Shown piece after piece: positions 8,929-20,387 of a DNA stretch of 64,000 bases. Both the position numbers and the translations under genes were made by a program. The stretch comes from Opitutales bacterium (lineage in GTDB: Bacteria; Verrucomicrobiota; Verrucomicrobiia; Opitutales; UBA2987), in contig CBDDEL010000016.1 in the NCBI GenBank assembly GCA_965226885.1, positions 480,001-544,000 of the forward strand, written 5' to 3'. A model generated the notes under the pieces. It was not told where the DNA came from. It made no database searches and saw only the letters and a program-made list of their open reading frames with translations. Numbering within the stretch: position 1 is the stretch's first letter; each line of letters begins with the position of its first letter.

Positions 8929-11166
8929 TCACTCCGGTAGTGTCGGTGTCAGGAGTCTAAGTTGTATCTGGGAACCCTTGTATTCGTAAAACTCCTTCAC
9001 CTCCGTTGCCCGGCACTTTTCAAGCAGCGTTATGGCGCCATCTGAATCTCCTTCCACCATGCGTTTGTTGGCGGCATAAAAGTAGGCTTCGCACAATTGG
9101 CGAATTTGGGTTGTTTCATCATCGGAGAGGGCCGCCCGGTTAAGGTCTTCCTCATCGATGTCCTCGAGGTAGAAACGGGCTAAAACCGAATACCAGTCTC
9201 CCGATTTTTCGGCTGATCGATTTTCAAACTGCGCTCGCAATTCTTTTTCCCCTTCGATTTTCCGGCCCAGCCGTCCGTTGGCCATCCACATCCAGAGATT
9301 GGAATAGTCCCTGGCTTCGCCTTCGAGATCGAGTTGACGACTTTTTTGAATATCTTGCAGGGCTTTGTCATATTTTTCCAGGACCAGGTAATAGAATGCT
9401 CTCTGAATATAGATTTCGGGATTATTCGGGTGGAGGGAGAGGATATTTGAAAAATCGGAGATGGCCCCTTCGGTATCGTCAAGCTCCAGCAGGCTTTCGG
9501 CTCTTCGCAAATAGGCTTCGGCGGAGTTGGGCTGAAGCCGCAAAACCTCGGTAAAGTCTTTGATAGAGCCCACGTAGTCGCCGATTCTGAGCTTGGCCAG
9601 TCCCCTGCTGCCCCAGGTGTTCACATCGGTGACGCCATCGACAAGTATCAAGTCGAAGTCGTTGATAGCGCTTTGATAATCCTGAATTTCAATTTTCAAC
9701 TGTCCTCGCCAGGATAGCCATTGCATGGAGGCAGGTTCCAACTGCAAAGCCACATTGAGATCGGCAATGGCCTTTTCAACTTCTCCCTTGAATCCCATAA
9801 CCAAACCGCGGGCTGCAAAAGAACGGGCATCATCGGGATCCAGACTGATGGCCTGGCTGAAATCGGCCAGGGCGGGGTCGTATTCATTCAATTGCACATA
9901 GGCGTTGCCTCTGGCCAAATAGCCATTGGGATCTTCCGGCATCAGCTGAATCACTTCGTTGAGATCGGAAACAGCGCCGGTTAAATCTTCTTTTTTCATC
10001 CTGGCGTTGGCCCTACCGCCAAAGGCGTCGGGATTTTTCGGATCGATGCGAATGGCTTCGGTATAGTCCTCGATGCCCCCATCGGGGTTTCCTGTCTCGG
10101 CTTTTACAAGACCCCGAGCCATCAATGCCTCGACATGTTCCGGGATCAGCCGCAAGGTCTCATTAAAATCTATTACAGCGGCCTCAAAATCGTGGTTAAA
10201 TAGCTTGGCGTTACCTCGCTCGAAGTAGAGCTGGCCCGATTCGGGATCCAGCTTTATGGCCTCATCATAATTCAAAATAGCGGAGCGCCAGTACTTCAGC
10301 TCATAATAAACCCGGGCCCTGGAAAGCAGTGCTTCGAGGCTGGGCGGACCTGATTTAAAGTACCGGTTAATATCGACCAGGGCGGCTTCCCGATCGCCGA
10401 ATTGGAGCAAGGCGTTGCCTCTTTTCAAATAGGCGTAGGGGTAATCGGGGTCTGCCTTGATGGCCTTGTTGTAATCGGTGTTGGCGCTGATGATGTCACC
10501 CGATTTCTCCCGTGCCATGCCACGGCGCACATAAGCCTCCGCATTGAGCGGTTCCAGCCGAATCACTTGGGAATAATCCTCAATGGCCCCGGCATAGTCT
10601 TGCAGGGCCATTTTTGACTCCGCTCTGTTAATAAAAGCTTCCGTCCAGTTGGGCCAGAGCCGGATGGCTTCCGAATAATCTTTGACACTGTCCGCGTGCT
10701 CCCCGCTTTTGCCCTTGGCCCGGGCTCGGTTGTAATAGGCATTGGCAACCATGGGGCCTTGGCTGAAAGCATTCCGGTAATCGACCAAAGCCCCTTGCAA
10801 ATCCCCTTTTTTTGCTTTCGTGGAGGCGTTATCGATCGTCTCCTCCACTTTTTCCAGCTCGATAGAAATAACCTGGGTAAAGTCCTCTCTGGCTTTTTCG
10901 TAATCACCCTCCCCCATCCGCGACATACCCTTTAACAAAATAGCCTGGCTCCAATCCGGGCGTTTCCTGGCGGCGCGGGAAAAAGCTTCCGTAGCGGCAG
11001 CATAATCGCGGGCTTCGTAATGATCTTCTCCCAAAGCATAATAATTTTCGGGTGTTTTTTGCGGGCCGAACGCACAGCCAGCCGCCCATGCCGACATCGC
11101 GGCCAACACCATCCATTTAAATAGGCGCAAACATGCCGGCGCCGACCATGCCGTTGAATTTTCCAT
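8929..11166 (-). CDS. Large TPR-repeat lipoprotein with NlpI-like C-terminus
   Basis: Lipobox AAGC, many tandem 34-aa TPRs (AYxNRG...AIxDY), and a C-terminal LCEAYFY...FYEY segment typical of NlpI. Confidence 0.85.
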   Translation of the reverse strand: MENSTAWSAPACLRLFKWMVLAAMSAWAAGCAFGPQKTPENYYALGEDHYEARDYAAATEAFSRAARKRPDWSQAILLKGMSRMGEGDYEKAREDFTQVISIELEKVEETIDNASTKAKKGDLQGALVDYRNAFSQGPMVANAYYNRARAKGKSGEHADSVKDYSEAIRLWPNWTEAFINRAESKMALQDYAGAIEDYSQVIRLEPLNAEAYVRRGMAREKSGDIISANTDYNKAIKADPDYPYAYLKRGNALLQFGDREAALVDINRYFKSGPPSLEALLSRARVYYELKYWRSAILNYDEAIKLDPESGQLYFERGNAKLFNHDFEAAVIDFNETLRLIPEHVEALMARGLVKAETGNPDGGIEDYTEAIRIDPKNPDAFGGRANARMKKEDLTGAVSDLNEVIQLMPEDPNGYLARGNAYVQLNEYDPALADFSQAISLDPDDARSFAARGLVMGFKGEVEKAIADLNVALQLEPASMQWLSWRGQLKIEIQDYQSAINDFDLILVDGVTDVNTWGSRGLAKLRIGDYVGSIKDFTEVLRLQPNSAEAYLRRAESLLELDDTEGAISDFSNILSLHPNNPEIYIQRAFYYLVLEKYDKALQDIQKSRQLDLEGEARDYSNLWMWMANGRLGRKIEGEKELRAQFENRSAEKSGDWYSVLARFYLEDIDEEDLNRAALSDDETTQIRQLCEAYFYAANKRMVEGDSDGAITLLEKCRATEVKEFYEYKGSQIQLRLLTPTLPE

Positions 11167-11436
11167 TATTTTCTCAAATCAAGTATGCCGATTATTGAAA
11201 TCTTGCCATTTTTTCAACCCCTAACAAATATCAAAAGCCGATGCCCATCTGTTCCAAGGGTTTGCATCTATATGTTTTGGGCCGGGACGAGAGCTACGAT
11301 GAAGTCAATTTTATGAGATTGCCATGTTCCCGCAATTTATTGAAAGTTGTTATAAAGCTGTCTGAAAAGTAAAAATCCCACTTTTTCCAAGAAACGTTCT
11401 GTGGAGTCATGAAAATGAACTGCCAACAGTCCATAA

Positions 11437-13353
11437 ATGCCTGACTGGAAAAAAATGAAAGTCCATTGCTTTAACTTGCCCCAAGAGAAGGCAGCATACC
11501 GGGAATCCGAATGCCTGAAAACCTTTCACCTATTACGGCCTATGAAGCAGATATCTGATTATCGCGCATTGTTATTGAAAATCATCCTATCCCTTGCGGG
11601 CATCTCCATGCTCGATCCCACGACCGGGTTTGCCCTCGAACCGAGGAAAGAGCTGACTCAATACCAATACACCAATTGGGGGGTCAAGGACGGCCTCGGC
11701 AACATGGAGGTGCTGGACATGATACAGACTCGCGATGGCTATCTTTGGATCGCGAATTTCGGCGGTATCGTGCGCTTCGACGGCATTGAGTTTAGCATTT
11801 ATGATCGTGTCAATTATCCGAACCTTGATGCAACGGGTTTTTGGACGCTGGCCGAGGATGAATTGGGAACCTTGTGGCTGGGTGGCAATGGCGGAGGACT
11901 TTATACCTTTAAGGACGGGGTTTTCAAGGCTTACACCACCGAGAATGGACTTCTCAGCAATGTGGTGCAATTCCTTGATATTGACAAAACGGGCACTCTT
12001 TGGATTGGAACATCGAACGGGCTCAACTTCATCGCTCCCAACACCGGAAACACCATCGAGGCTTTTGCCCCGGAAACGCTAGAAGGCACCCATATCATAG
12101 ACCTGCAGGCCGCCCAAAATGGATCCGTGTGGGTGGCAACCCAGGAAAAAGGCATTTTTCAGATAGAAGACCATCGCCTCATCGAATTTCAAACTCCGGA
12201 CGGGTTTCCGCAAACTGGCATCCGCAGATTATTCATGACGAGCGACGACTGGCTTTGGGTAATCGCGGAAAATTCTGACGTCTATCGAACAAAAAACCAT
12301 GTAGTTTCTGCAATTACAATTGGGGATAATAAGGAAATCGGCCGCATTTATGGACTTTTTGAAGACAGCGAAGGAAATATCTGGATCGGCGCCGACCATG
12401 CAATTTTGCGGTGGAACGCCAAAGGGCTGAGGCAGTATGTTGATCGGGAGACCTTTACCGGATGGAGGTCTTTCTTCGAAGACAACGAAGGGAACCTCTG
12501 GATAGGCACCCATTATAATGGGCTGATACGGGCCAGCAACGGGAAATTCACCAATTTCTCAACCCTGGAAGGACTTTCCGACAACACGGTTAATGTGATT
12601 TTTGAGGATCTCGACGGCTCTATTCTGATCGGATCGAATGGAGGTGTGGACCGACTAAAAAACGGGGAAATTGAGCCCTACTTCCCCCTTAGAGGGAAAT
12701 TACCGAGTGAACGAGTGAGGGAAATATTCAGGGACTCCCATGGAGATTTATTGGTCGGCACACAAGGCGGCCTTACCCGTTTGCAAGACGACGAGGTGAA
12801 TACAATAACCACGGAAGATGGTCTACGGCACAATCAGGCACGGGTGCTGATGGAAGATCACCTGGGAAATCTGTGGATCGGCACCCGCAACGGCATAAGT
12901 CGTTTGATAAATGGTGAACTTACCTCATTCAGCGAGAAGGATGGTCTGGAAGAATCGTTTATTATCGAATTGTTTGAAGACTCCCTCGGAAATGTATGGG
13001 TGGGCACCGCTGGTGGTGGCATATTCCGCTTTGATAATAGATCCAACAGGTTCGAAAATTTTAACCGTGAAGACGGGATAAGCGGGGACACTGTCTTCCG
13101 GTTTTATGAGGATAATGAAGGAGCGTTATGGATAGGCACGGACAACGGGATTACCCTCTATCGTAACGGAAGTTTCAAAAGTTTGAAAAGTAAGTGTTGG
13201 CGATCTGCCGTCCACAGCGGTCTTTCATGTTTTGGAAGATGACCAGGGTTACCTCTGGATTACCTCCGACAAGGGCATTGGCCGCGTCCAGAAAGAGAGT
13301 TTGAAAGATTATATACTGGAAGGCCAGAACGATATTTCAATCGAAGTCTTTAG
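11437..13353 (+). pseudogene. Two-component-regulator beta-propeller sensor protein, frameshifted and truncated by IS1380
   Basis: Repeated EDxxGNLWIGT/xxDGL blades. An extra A in the AAAA run near 13186 shifts the frame; the other frame continues VGDLPSTAVFHVLEDDQGYLWITSDKG up to the IS end at 13354. No Y_Y_Y or output domain follows. The true start is probably ATG 11542 (MKQISD). Confidence 0.85.
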
Positions 13354-13522
13354 CCCGGATATTTCGTAAAAAAAGTATCGTTGATATGCTTAACTGCTGA
13401 TATACAGCAGGATAGATCAATAATTAAAGCAATATCAGCGATGACAAAAGGTAAACAATTAAAGCTACAGTTGACAAGGGTAAAAGGCCGCCGTGTGCGG
13501 GTTGATTTCAAGGGCGGAGAGG
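13354..13522 (+). mobile_element. IS1380-family element (variant A), 5' fragment
   Basis: Left end CCCGGATATTTCGTAAAA matches the full copies. The sequence stops at ...GGCGGAGAGG where IS3 begins. Confidence 0.9.
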
Positions 13523-14850
13523 TGATGTGCACTGGAAAAAGTGGACACGAGATTCTCCTAAATGGAGAATCGAAGCATGGGAAGAAGACGCTTTAGTATA
13601 GAGTTCAAAAATGAGGCAGTTCAACTGATGATACTCGATGGTCTGAGCGCCACCGAGGTATCGACCAAACTTGGGGTCAACACCAACCAATTGTATAGGT
13701 GGAAGAGGCTCTATCTGGACGATCAGCAGGGCGAAGCCACCTCAAAGCGACAGAGCAGTCCGAAGGAGATGGCGGCCGAGATAGATCGTCTTCGCAAAGA
13801 GCTGCGCCGCTCGGAGCGGATCAACCAGATACTAAAAAAAACGGTGGGCTACTTTGCCAAGGACGAACAATGAAGTACCAGTTTGTCAAAGACAACGAGG
13901 GGCGCTTCAAGATCGAGGAAATATGCTCGGCGATGGGGATTTGTCGCAGTGGCTATTACTGCTGGAGGCACCGAGCGCCCTCGGCCCGGCGGATCGAGGA
14001 CGAGGGAATCAAGGGGGCGATCCTGAAGGTACACAAAGAGGCCAAGGGCCGCTATGGGCATCGGCCAATGCACCGCCATCTGAAGGATGATGAGGGCATC
14101 GATTGCGGCCGTGACCGGGCTCTGCGTCTGATGCGTGAAATGGGAATCAAAAGCACCCAGAGTAAACGCTTTAAGCCATTAAAAACCAACAGTAACCATC
14201 CCTATGGTTACAGCCCCAATGTGCTTAAAAAGCATGGCCAGCCGACCCATATCGACGAGGTCTGGGTGGCGGACACGACCTACCTACGGACCCTGGCCGG
14301 TTGGATGTACTTGGCCACGGTGATGGACCTGTTCAGCCGACGCCTGCTGGGCTGGAGCGTTTCCAACCACAACGACGCGAAGCTGGTTGGCAAGGCCCTC
14401 AAAGCCGCGGCCATGACCCGCGGCACACTGCGCACCGGGATTATTCATCACAGCGATCGGGGCAGCCCCTACGCCAGCGACGACTATCAGAGGCTGGTCT
14501 CTGAACTAGACATGAAGCCGAGCATGAGCGCCCAAGGCAACTGCTACGACAACGCGGCCATGGAATCGTTCTACGGCCGCTTCAAGACCAGCACGATTCG
14601 AGGCCGCCACTTTGCCGACGAGCGCGAACTGCGATCAACTGTCTTCGAATACGTGGAAATCTTCTACAACCGATATCGCAAACATTCCTCTCTGAGTTAC
14701 CAAAGCCCAGTCCAATTCGAGGAAAATATTTGCCCCCCATGGGGGGCAACGAGAAAACAAAACCCTTTACCAAAACAAGCCGCCTGACACACTAATCAAT
14801 AAACAATGAATATAAGAGAATCCCGTGTCCAACAAATCCAGTACACGTCA
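13523..14850 (+). mobile_element. IS3-family element type 1, copy 1 (orfA 13562-13873, orfB 13870-14787)
   Basis: Imperfect 26-bp TIRs TGATGTGCACTGGAAAAAGTGGACAC and TGACGTGTACTGGATTTGTTGGACAC. HTH orfA, A-run slippery site near 13834-13841, DDE motifs WVADTT, HHSDRG and DNAAMESF. No TSD. Confidence 0.95.
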
Positions 14851-15265
14851 GAACTGGACGAGGTGTGGTCATTCTGGGGCGATAAGCGTTCGGGGCAGGT
14901 ATGGCTATGGGTAGCCTTGTGTCGACGTACCCGACAGGTCGTCGGGTTTTCTCTGGGTGATCGTAGCGATCAAACGTGCTGGCAGTTGTATCACAACATC
15001 GCCCAGCCCTATCGCGACTGTGCCACCGTAAGCGATTACTGGGAAAGCTACGACAAGGTTTTCCCTCACAACAGCGCCAGCGGGAAACAATCCGGCCAAA
15101 CCGCCCATATCGAACGCTGGAACAATACCTTGCGACAGTCCCTGTCACGCTATGTGCGTAAAACGCTGTCATTCTCGAAGTCTTTGGTCATGCATTTTCG
15201 CGTCCTGTGCTTGTTCATCTGGGAATACAACAGCAATATCAAACATTCGTCATGTTAACACTACC
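14851..15265 (+). mobile_element. IS1-family element, 3' fragment (insB portion plus right TIR)
   Basis: Matches the intact IS1 at 41943-42738 from ELDEVW onward and ends TGTTAACACTACC. Confidence 0.92.
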
Positions 15266-15904
15266 CGGACCCGAATACATAGTTTCTGGATGCTCTTTTA
15301 GTTAAAAAATACTTCTGGTCCTGGGAGGAAAAGTTAACTTCAAAAAATTCCACAATCCCTCCCCTGGATATTGTGATCAAGCGATCCCCCTCTTTGCGTC
15401 CCGTATAAAAAGTTCCGGCATATTGGTTTTCCAGTTCGGCGACTTGATTGCCATCGCTAATTACCGGAATGGTAACCGGCGGGAACAAGTGGTCGGTTGG
15501 AGTGAGCAGCTTGTGGCCGATGGCCGCCACAATTACGGCAACGATGATGAGTACCAAACAAGGATAGAGGAATTTTTTGGCAAAGCCCGGCCCCGAATGT
15601 TGAACGGGCGTTTGCTCTACAGGCGTTGCCTCAATACCTGTTATAATGAACAATGCCTCTCCGGGAGTAGTCTCAATGCCCGATAAATTTGGATCGTTGG
15701 TATCCGAAAGGTAGAGCTTATCAATTCCTGCTTCGATGTTGAAAACGCCTTTGGATGAAGTCACCTTAATGTTCGGGGTAATATCCGAATTCGTGTCGAT
15801 GGAAATTGCGGCGAACAACTCCAAATATTCTACCAACTTGGTATTGGTCACGTCTCCGATTTCGAGTCGGCCGAATTTATCGTCAACCTCCAAAAAATCG
15901 CTGC
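15266..15904 (-). pseudogene. Membrane-anchored hypothetical protein fragment bounded by IS630 and IS1
   Basis: About 210-aa reading frame with one TM helix. Its stop is supplied by the IS1 end, and its 5' end abuts IS630. Confidence 0.55.
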
Positions 15905-15906
15905 TA

Positions 15907-17021
15907 TTAATCCGGCAATTGAATAGTAACAGTTAAGCGGCGTATTGAACATCCCGATGATGGAAGAGTTTTTTAATCAAAATTGGTTTTCGTTGCCTGC
16001 TGCGCAGGTGGGTTCGCAGACTTCCCTGCAACTCAATTTGGCTGCGCGGGGCCGGCAGGTTCTTCAAGTTCGCTTTGACCGTGTTATTCAAATACTCATC
16101 GGGGTTCAATTCGGGACTGTAAGATGGTAGATAAAAAATCTCGATCCTATCGCGGTGGGCTTCAATCCAACCGGTTACTTTTTTAGCATGATGCACTCTC
16201 AGATTGTCCACAATGAGAAAGATTTTCCGTTTGGCTCCTTTGATTAACTGGCGCAGAAATTTGATAAACAGTTCCACATTCAAGGCTCCCTTGTAAACCA
16301 TGAAACGCAGCTTTCCACGGTTGGTTATAGTCGAGATCATGCTCGTGCTAAAACGACGCGCACTGCGTTTGGCAACTGGCGTTTTACCGCGCGGAGCATA
16401 ACCTCTTCCCCGATGATCTTCGCTACTGATGCCGGTTTCATCTCCCCAGTGGATTTGGGCCTGTTGCGCTTTGGCTCTGGCTTCGATGGCCGGGTAAGTT
16501 TGATCAAGCCACTTCTTAATCGCCTCAGGCTGCTGCTCATAGGCTTGTCTTCGAGGTTTTTGTGGAGTGAAACCCCAACGGCGAAGATACTCGCCCACCG
16601 TGCGGATCGGCATCTTCAAAGCAAACTGCCTTTCAATCAACTCTTGCACCGCTTGGCGCGTCCACAGGGCAAAGGGCATCTTAAGCTGGTCGGGTCCTCT
16701 TATCGGTAATCATTCGGCACACCATGCGCTCTTGTTGGGAGCTCAATCTTCGACATTGGCCCTGCCGACGGCCCCGTTGTCCAAGCCGCAGGGCTTTTGG
16801 CCCTCCATTTCGGTAAAGGGCCCACCATTTGCGCACAGCGCTGATCGATACCTTTAAAACCACGGAAACCTCTTCATAAGTGCAACCCTCTCTTTTCAGA
16901 TCCACCGCCCGACACCTCAACTCATATATAGTCTCTTCGCTTAGTGAACGCGCATCATTCCTATTCATGAACCTACTTTAGCATAAGTTATTGATATGTC
17001 ACTATTTATTTGCCGGATTAA
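15907..17021 (-). mobile_element. IS630-family element copy 1, transposase frameshifted
   Basis: 25-bp TIRs TTAATCCGGCAA(A/T)T(A/G)AATAGT(G/A)ACA with TA on both sides. WGDETG, VDNL and PSYSPELNPDE motifs. One extra C near 16696 relative to copy 2 splits the ORF (16681-16968 and 15933-16679). IHF-like TAAGTTATTGATA at 16984-16996. Confidence 0.95.
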
Positions 17022-17023
17022 TA

Positions 17024-17773
17024 GTTACATCGTGGGGATGGCTCGCAATGCACGCTTGCAGCAAGACGCCCAGCAGTTGCAAAAGCAGGCCAAAGAATGG
17101 TTCGAACTAAGGGGTAAAAAACAACGGTTATTCCAGGACTTCGTCTATGCTGCCGATTCGTGGCGATGGCTGCGGTTGGTCATCCATAAAGCCGAACACA
17201 CCGCACAGGGGTCCAACCCGCGCTTCGTGGTGACGAACCTGCCGGGCGATCCCCAGGAGCTTTACGACAAGGTATACTGTGGCCGCGGTGAAATGGAGAA
17301 CCGAATCAAGGAACAGATGCAATTGTTCAGCGAGCGCACCAGCGCCCATCAATGGTGGGCCAATCAGTGGCGATTGCTCTTGTCGGCGCTGGCCTACACC
17401 TTGATGGAAGCCATGCGCCGGTTAGCCTTAAAAGGGACGAAGTGGGCGCGGGCCCAATGCCACACCCTGCGGCTCAAATTAATCAAGATCGGAGCGGTCA
17501 TCGTGCGCAACACCCGAACGATTCACTTTCACCTAAGTGAGAGTTATCCTTGGGCCAGTCTTTTCAACCATGCGGCCCGCCGATTGGTGCCAACCTAAAG
17601 GGTGCATTGGTGCTGCCCCCGGCACTACCGAACCAATGGGGGAAAGGGGGCAGTGTCTCTACACCCTGAAAAACACCTAAAAATCAAGACGATCTGCTCA
17701 AAATACAAAGAAATCCATCTCCATCTCCAATAGCAATAACGAGCCAAACTTTACCCTTCATGAAATATCCGGG
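17024..17773 (+). mobile_element. IS1380-family element (variant A), 3' fragment
   Basis: SYIVGMARN...RLVPT* (stop 17598) and right end ...TTCATGAAATATCCGGG. Confidence 0.93.
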
Positions 17774-17883
17774 CTAGTTGGTAATCGATTTAGCTTGTTT
17801 TTAATCATGTCATGCAATGATTTAATCGCCTTCGGCGAGTCGACTGCTCGGAAATATCCAAATCTAGCTTTCCTAACTGGTAA

Positions 17884-18747
17884 ATGAAAACTTCAACCGA
17901 GACATTGGCCGCGCTTTTGCATGGGCCGGACAAACCGGGCTTGGTGGCGCGGGTGGCCGGTTGGATCCATGAGAACGGCGGCAATATCATACATGCCGAT
18001 CAACATCGGGACGCGGAAGAATAGATTTTTTTCCAAAGAGTAGAATGGGCGCCGCCGGACGGTGAGGTTGAATCGCAGTTGGCGGCTTTCAACGCGCTGG
18101 CGGGAGAATTTGGAATGAAAGTTCAGGTGGCGCGTTCTACCGAAAGGCCGAAGATTGCTCTCTTTGTATCGCGAGCCGCTCATTGTTTCCACGATCTCAT
18201 ACTTCGGTGGAAGGCGGGGGAATTTCGGGCAGAGATAGTCTGTGTGGTATCGAACCACGATACCCTGCGGTCAGCTTCCGAGGGATATGGGCTTCCTTAT
18301 TGTCATATTCCCATTCATCGGGAGAGCCCATCACGGGCTCTGGCCGAAGAGAAGCAACTGGAAGTTCTTGAAAAATACGATGTGGAACTGGTTGTCCTGG
18401 CCCGTTATATGCAAATCCTTTCGGCCCGAATGCTGGAGAAAATGGGTTGCCCGGCCATCAATATCCATCATTCGTTTTTGCCCGCCTTTGCCGGGGCCAA
18501 TCCCTACCGCCAGGCCTATCGGCACGGGGTGAAAATCATTGGGGTGACCGCCCATTATGTCCGCGCGGAGCTTGATGCCGGCCCGATCATCCAGCAGGAT
18601 GTGACACATGTGACTCACCGTCACGGAGTCGAAGACCTAATGCGCAAAGGCAGGGACCTGGAAAAAGCGGCACTGGCCCAGGCGGTTCGCTGGCACCTGG
18701 AAAACCGGGTGCTCGTTTACAATAACAAAACCGTGGTTTTCGATTGA
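17884..18747 (+). pseudogene. purU: Formyltetrahydrofolate deformylase with internal amber codon
   Basis: ATG 17884 gives the ACT domain (HGPDKPGLVARV...GGNIIHADQH). In-frame TAG at 18022-18024, then LARYMQILS, INIHHSFLPAF, GVTAHYV, LDAGPII and NKTVVF. Confidence 0.9.
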
Positions 18748-18808
18748 TCGGTCCTCGGATTTCGATCAAAAACCAGCCCGGCGGGGCCGGATATTCATTT
18801 TTACTCGC

Positions 18809-20269
18809 TTAATTTACGGGCAAACCCTCAGGCACGCTGAAAAGGCTGCCATTATCTAGCCTCTGAAAAAAGCGCCGACCCGGAGCATTATCGTCAAAAG
18901 TGAAAACCCAACCCTGGTCGTCTCCGAACAGGTATATCCATCGGTAGGAGTTTTCGTTCAAGAACACCCATTTGGCCAAACCGAAATCCCACAGAAAAAT
19001 AACATCCGCGGCGCTGCCCTCATGAATGTACTGCCAGCCGTGCTCGTCATGGTAAATCCAGGGCCAGAAATCCACACTGTAGTTCATGTACCAAGGCGAA
19101 ACCCACCATCCGGGAAAGCCCTCAATGGCGGAGCTGTTAAAAAATCCCAGGTTTTGCAATTCATATGACAACAAAGGTATGAGAAAAAGCTGCCCTTCGA
19201 TGATGTCGCGGATGGCCGATCCGGCACTGATATCGAGAAAATTTCGTTCCAGTTCCAAAATGAACAGATTGGATAATTCCGTCAAATCGCTTATGTCCGT
19301 AATCTGGTTTCCATTGAGGACCAGCTGGGACAGATCTGCCAGAACGCTCAGCGGGTCAATAATGTGTATCTGGTTGTCACTCAGGTTCAGGTTTTGCAAC
19401 GCGGTGAGGCCGATCAAAGGGCTCAGGTTACCAATCTGGTTATGGTTTAAAAACAGTGACGTCAATGCCGTCAGACCGCTAATCGAGTTTAGGTTGTCAA
19501 TCTGATCTCTACTCAGGATCAGCGTCCTCAAATTCGTCAAACCGCTCAGGGGGCCAAGGGCGCTGATTTGATTGCCGCTGAGATTGAGGCTGGTTAATGC
19601 GCCGAGGCTGCTCAAGGGGTTTAAGTCGCCAATCTGGTTGGCGCTGAGATCGAGGACTGCCAGGGACGATAATCCGCTCAAGGGCTCGAGGTTGCTAATT
19701 TGGTTGGCCCCAAGGTCGAGAGTGGCCAGCGCGGTTAATCCACTCAACGGGCTCAGGTTGGATATCTGGTTTCCACCCAAATCCAGGTTCTGGAGGCTCG
19801 TCACACCGCTCAGGCCGCCGATGCCGCCGATCTGGTTGCCACCGAGGTCAAGGGTGGTCAGGGCGGTCAAGCCGCTTAAGGAGCCCACGTCACTGATATT
19901 GTTGCCCCCGAGATCCAGGGAAACCAGGGCAGTCAGAGCGCTCAATGGGCTCAGGTCGCTGATTTTGTTGCCATTGAGGCTGAGGCTGGTTAAATTTTGG
20001 GCGGCCTCCAAGCCCGTCAAATCGTCAATATTCAATTCGAGGACATTGAGGGAGGTTAGGGAATTTAAATCCTCCGTCGTTAATTCTCCAATAGGTTTGC
20101 CAAGCTCACCGCGAATAGCCAATTCGAGGGCAATTTCCGGCACATCCACGGAATATACGGAAAGAGGAATGAGGCTCAAAAAAAGCGTAGTCAGCAAAGA
20201 AAACCCTAGTTTTGGACAGCCATATTTGGCCCGTCCAAGTCTATTTTCCCCATTCGCCAATTCTACCAT
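18809..20269 (-). CDS. Secreted internalin-like leucine-rich-repeat protein with Trp-rich C-terminal domain
   Basis: Hydrophobic signal-like N-terminus, about twelve 22-aa LRRs (LxxLxLxxNQIxxLxPLxx) and an aromatic C-terminal domain (PWIYHDEHGWQY). Confidence 0.9.
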   Translation of the reverse strand: MVELANGENRLGRAKYGCPKLGFSLLTTLFLSLIPLSVYSVDVPEIALELAIRGELGKPIGELTTEDLNSLTSLNVLELNIDDLTGLEAAQNLTSLSLNGNKISDLSPLSALTALVSLDLGGNNISDVGSLSGLTALTTLDLGGNQIGGIGGLSGVTSLQNLDLGGNQISNLSPLSGLTALATLDLGANQISNLEPLSGLSSLAVLDLSANQIGDLNPLSSLGALTSLNLSGNQISALGPLSGLTNLRTLILSRDQIDNLNSISGLTALTSLFLNHNQIGNLSPLIGLTALQNLNLSDNQIHIIDPLSVLADLSQLVLNGNQITDISDLTELSNLFILELERNFLDISAGSAIRDIIEGQLFLIPLLSYELQNLGFFNSSAIEGFPGWWVSPWYMNYSVDFWPWIYHDEHGWQYIHEGSAADVIFLWDFGLAKWVFLNENSYRWIYLFGDDQGWVFTFDDNAPGRRFFQRLDNGSLFSVPEGLPVN

Positions 20270-20310
20270 TCAGGAGACATCTTACGCTACCATTCAGGAG
20301 ACATCTTACG
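20263..20310. repeat. Perfect 24-bp tandem duplication over the LRR gene start and -10 box
   Basis: CTACCATTCAGGAGACATCTTACG x2. Confidence 0.95.
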
Positions 20311-20330
20311 GTTAATAGCTTCCTTGTCAA
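20303..20330 (-). promoter_or_regulatory. Candidate sigma70 promoter of the LRR gene
   Basis: On the minus strand TTGACA, 16 bp, TAAGAT. Confidence 0.5.
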
Positions 20331-20387
20331 TTATAGTCCGCGCCATAATTTGTAATTGCATTTGATACCACTTTTAACCCCTCTCGC

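Noticed and set aside
16681..16700. Programmed frameshift in IS630 copy 1
   Set aside because: Copy 2 reads through in one frame. The break is a private 1-bp insertion with no slippery motif.
18022..18024. Stop-codon reassignment or pyrrolysine in purU
   Set aside because: TAG terminates several normal genes here and no pyl machinery is visible.
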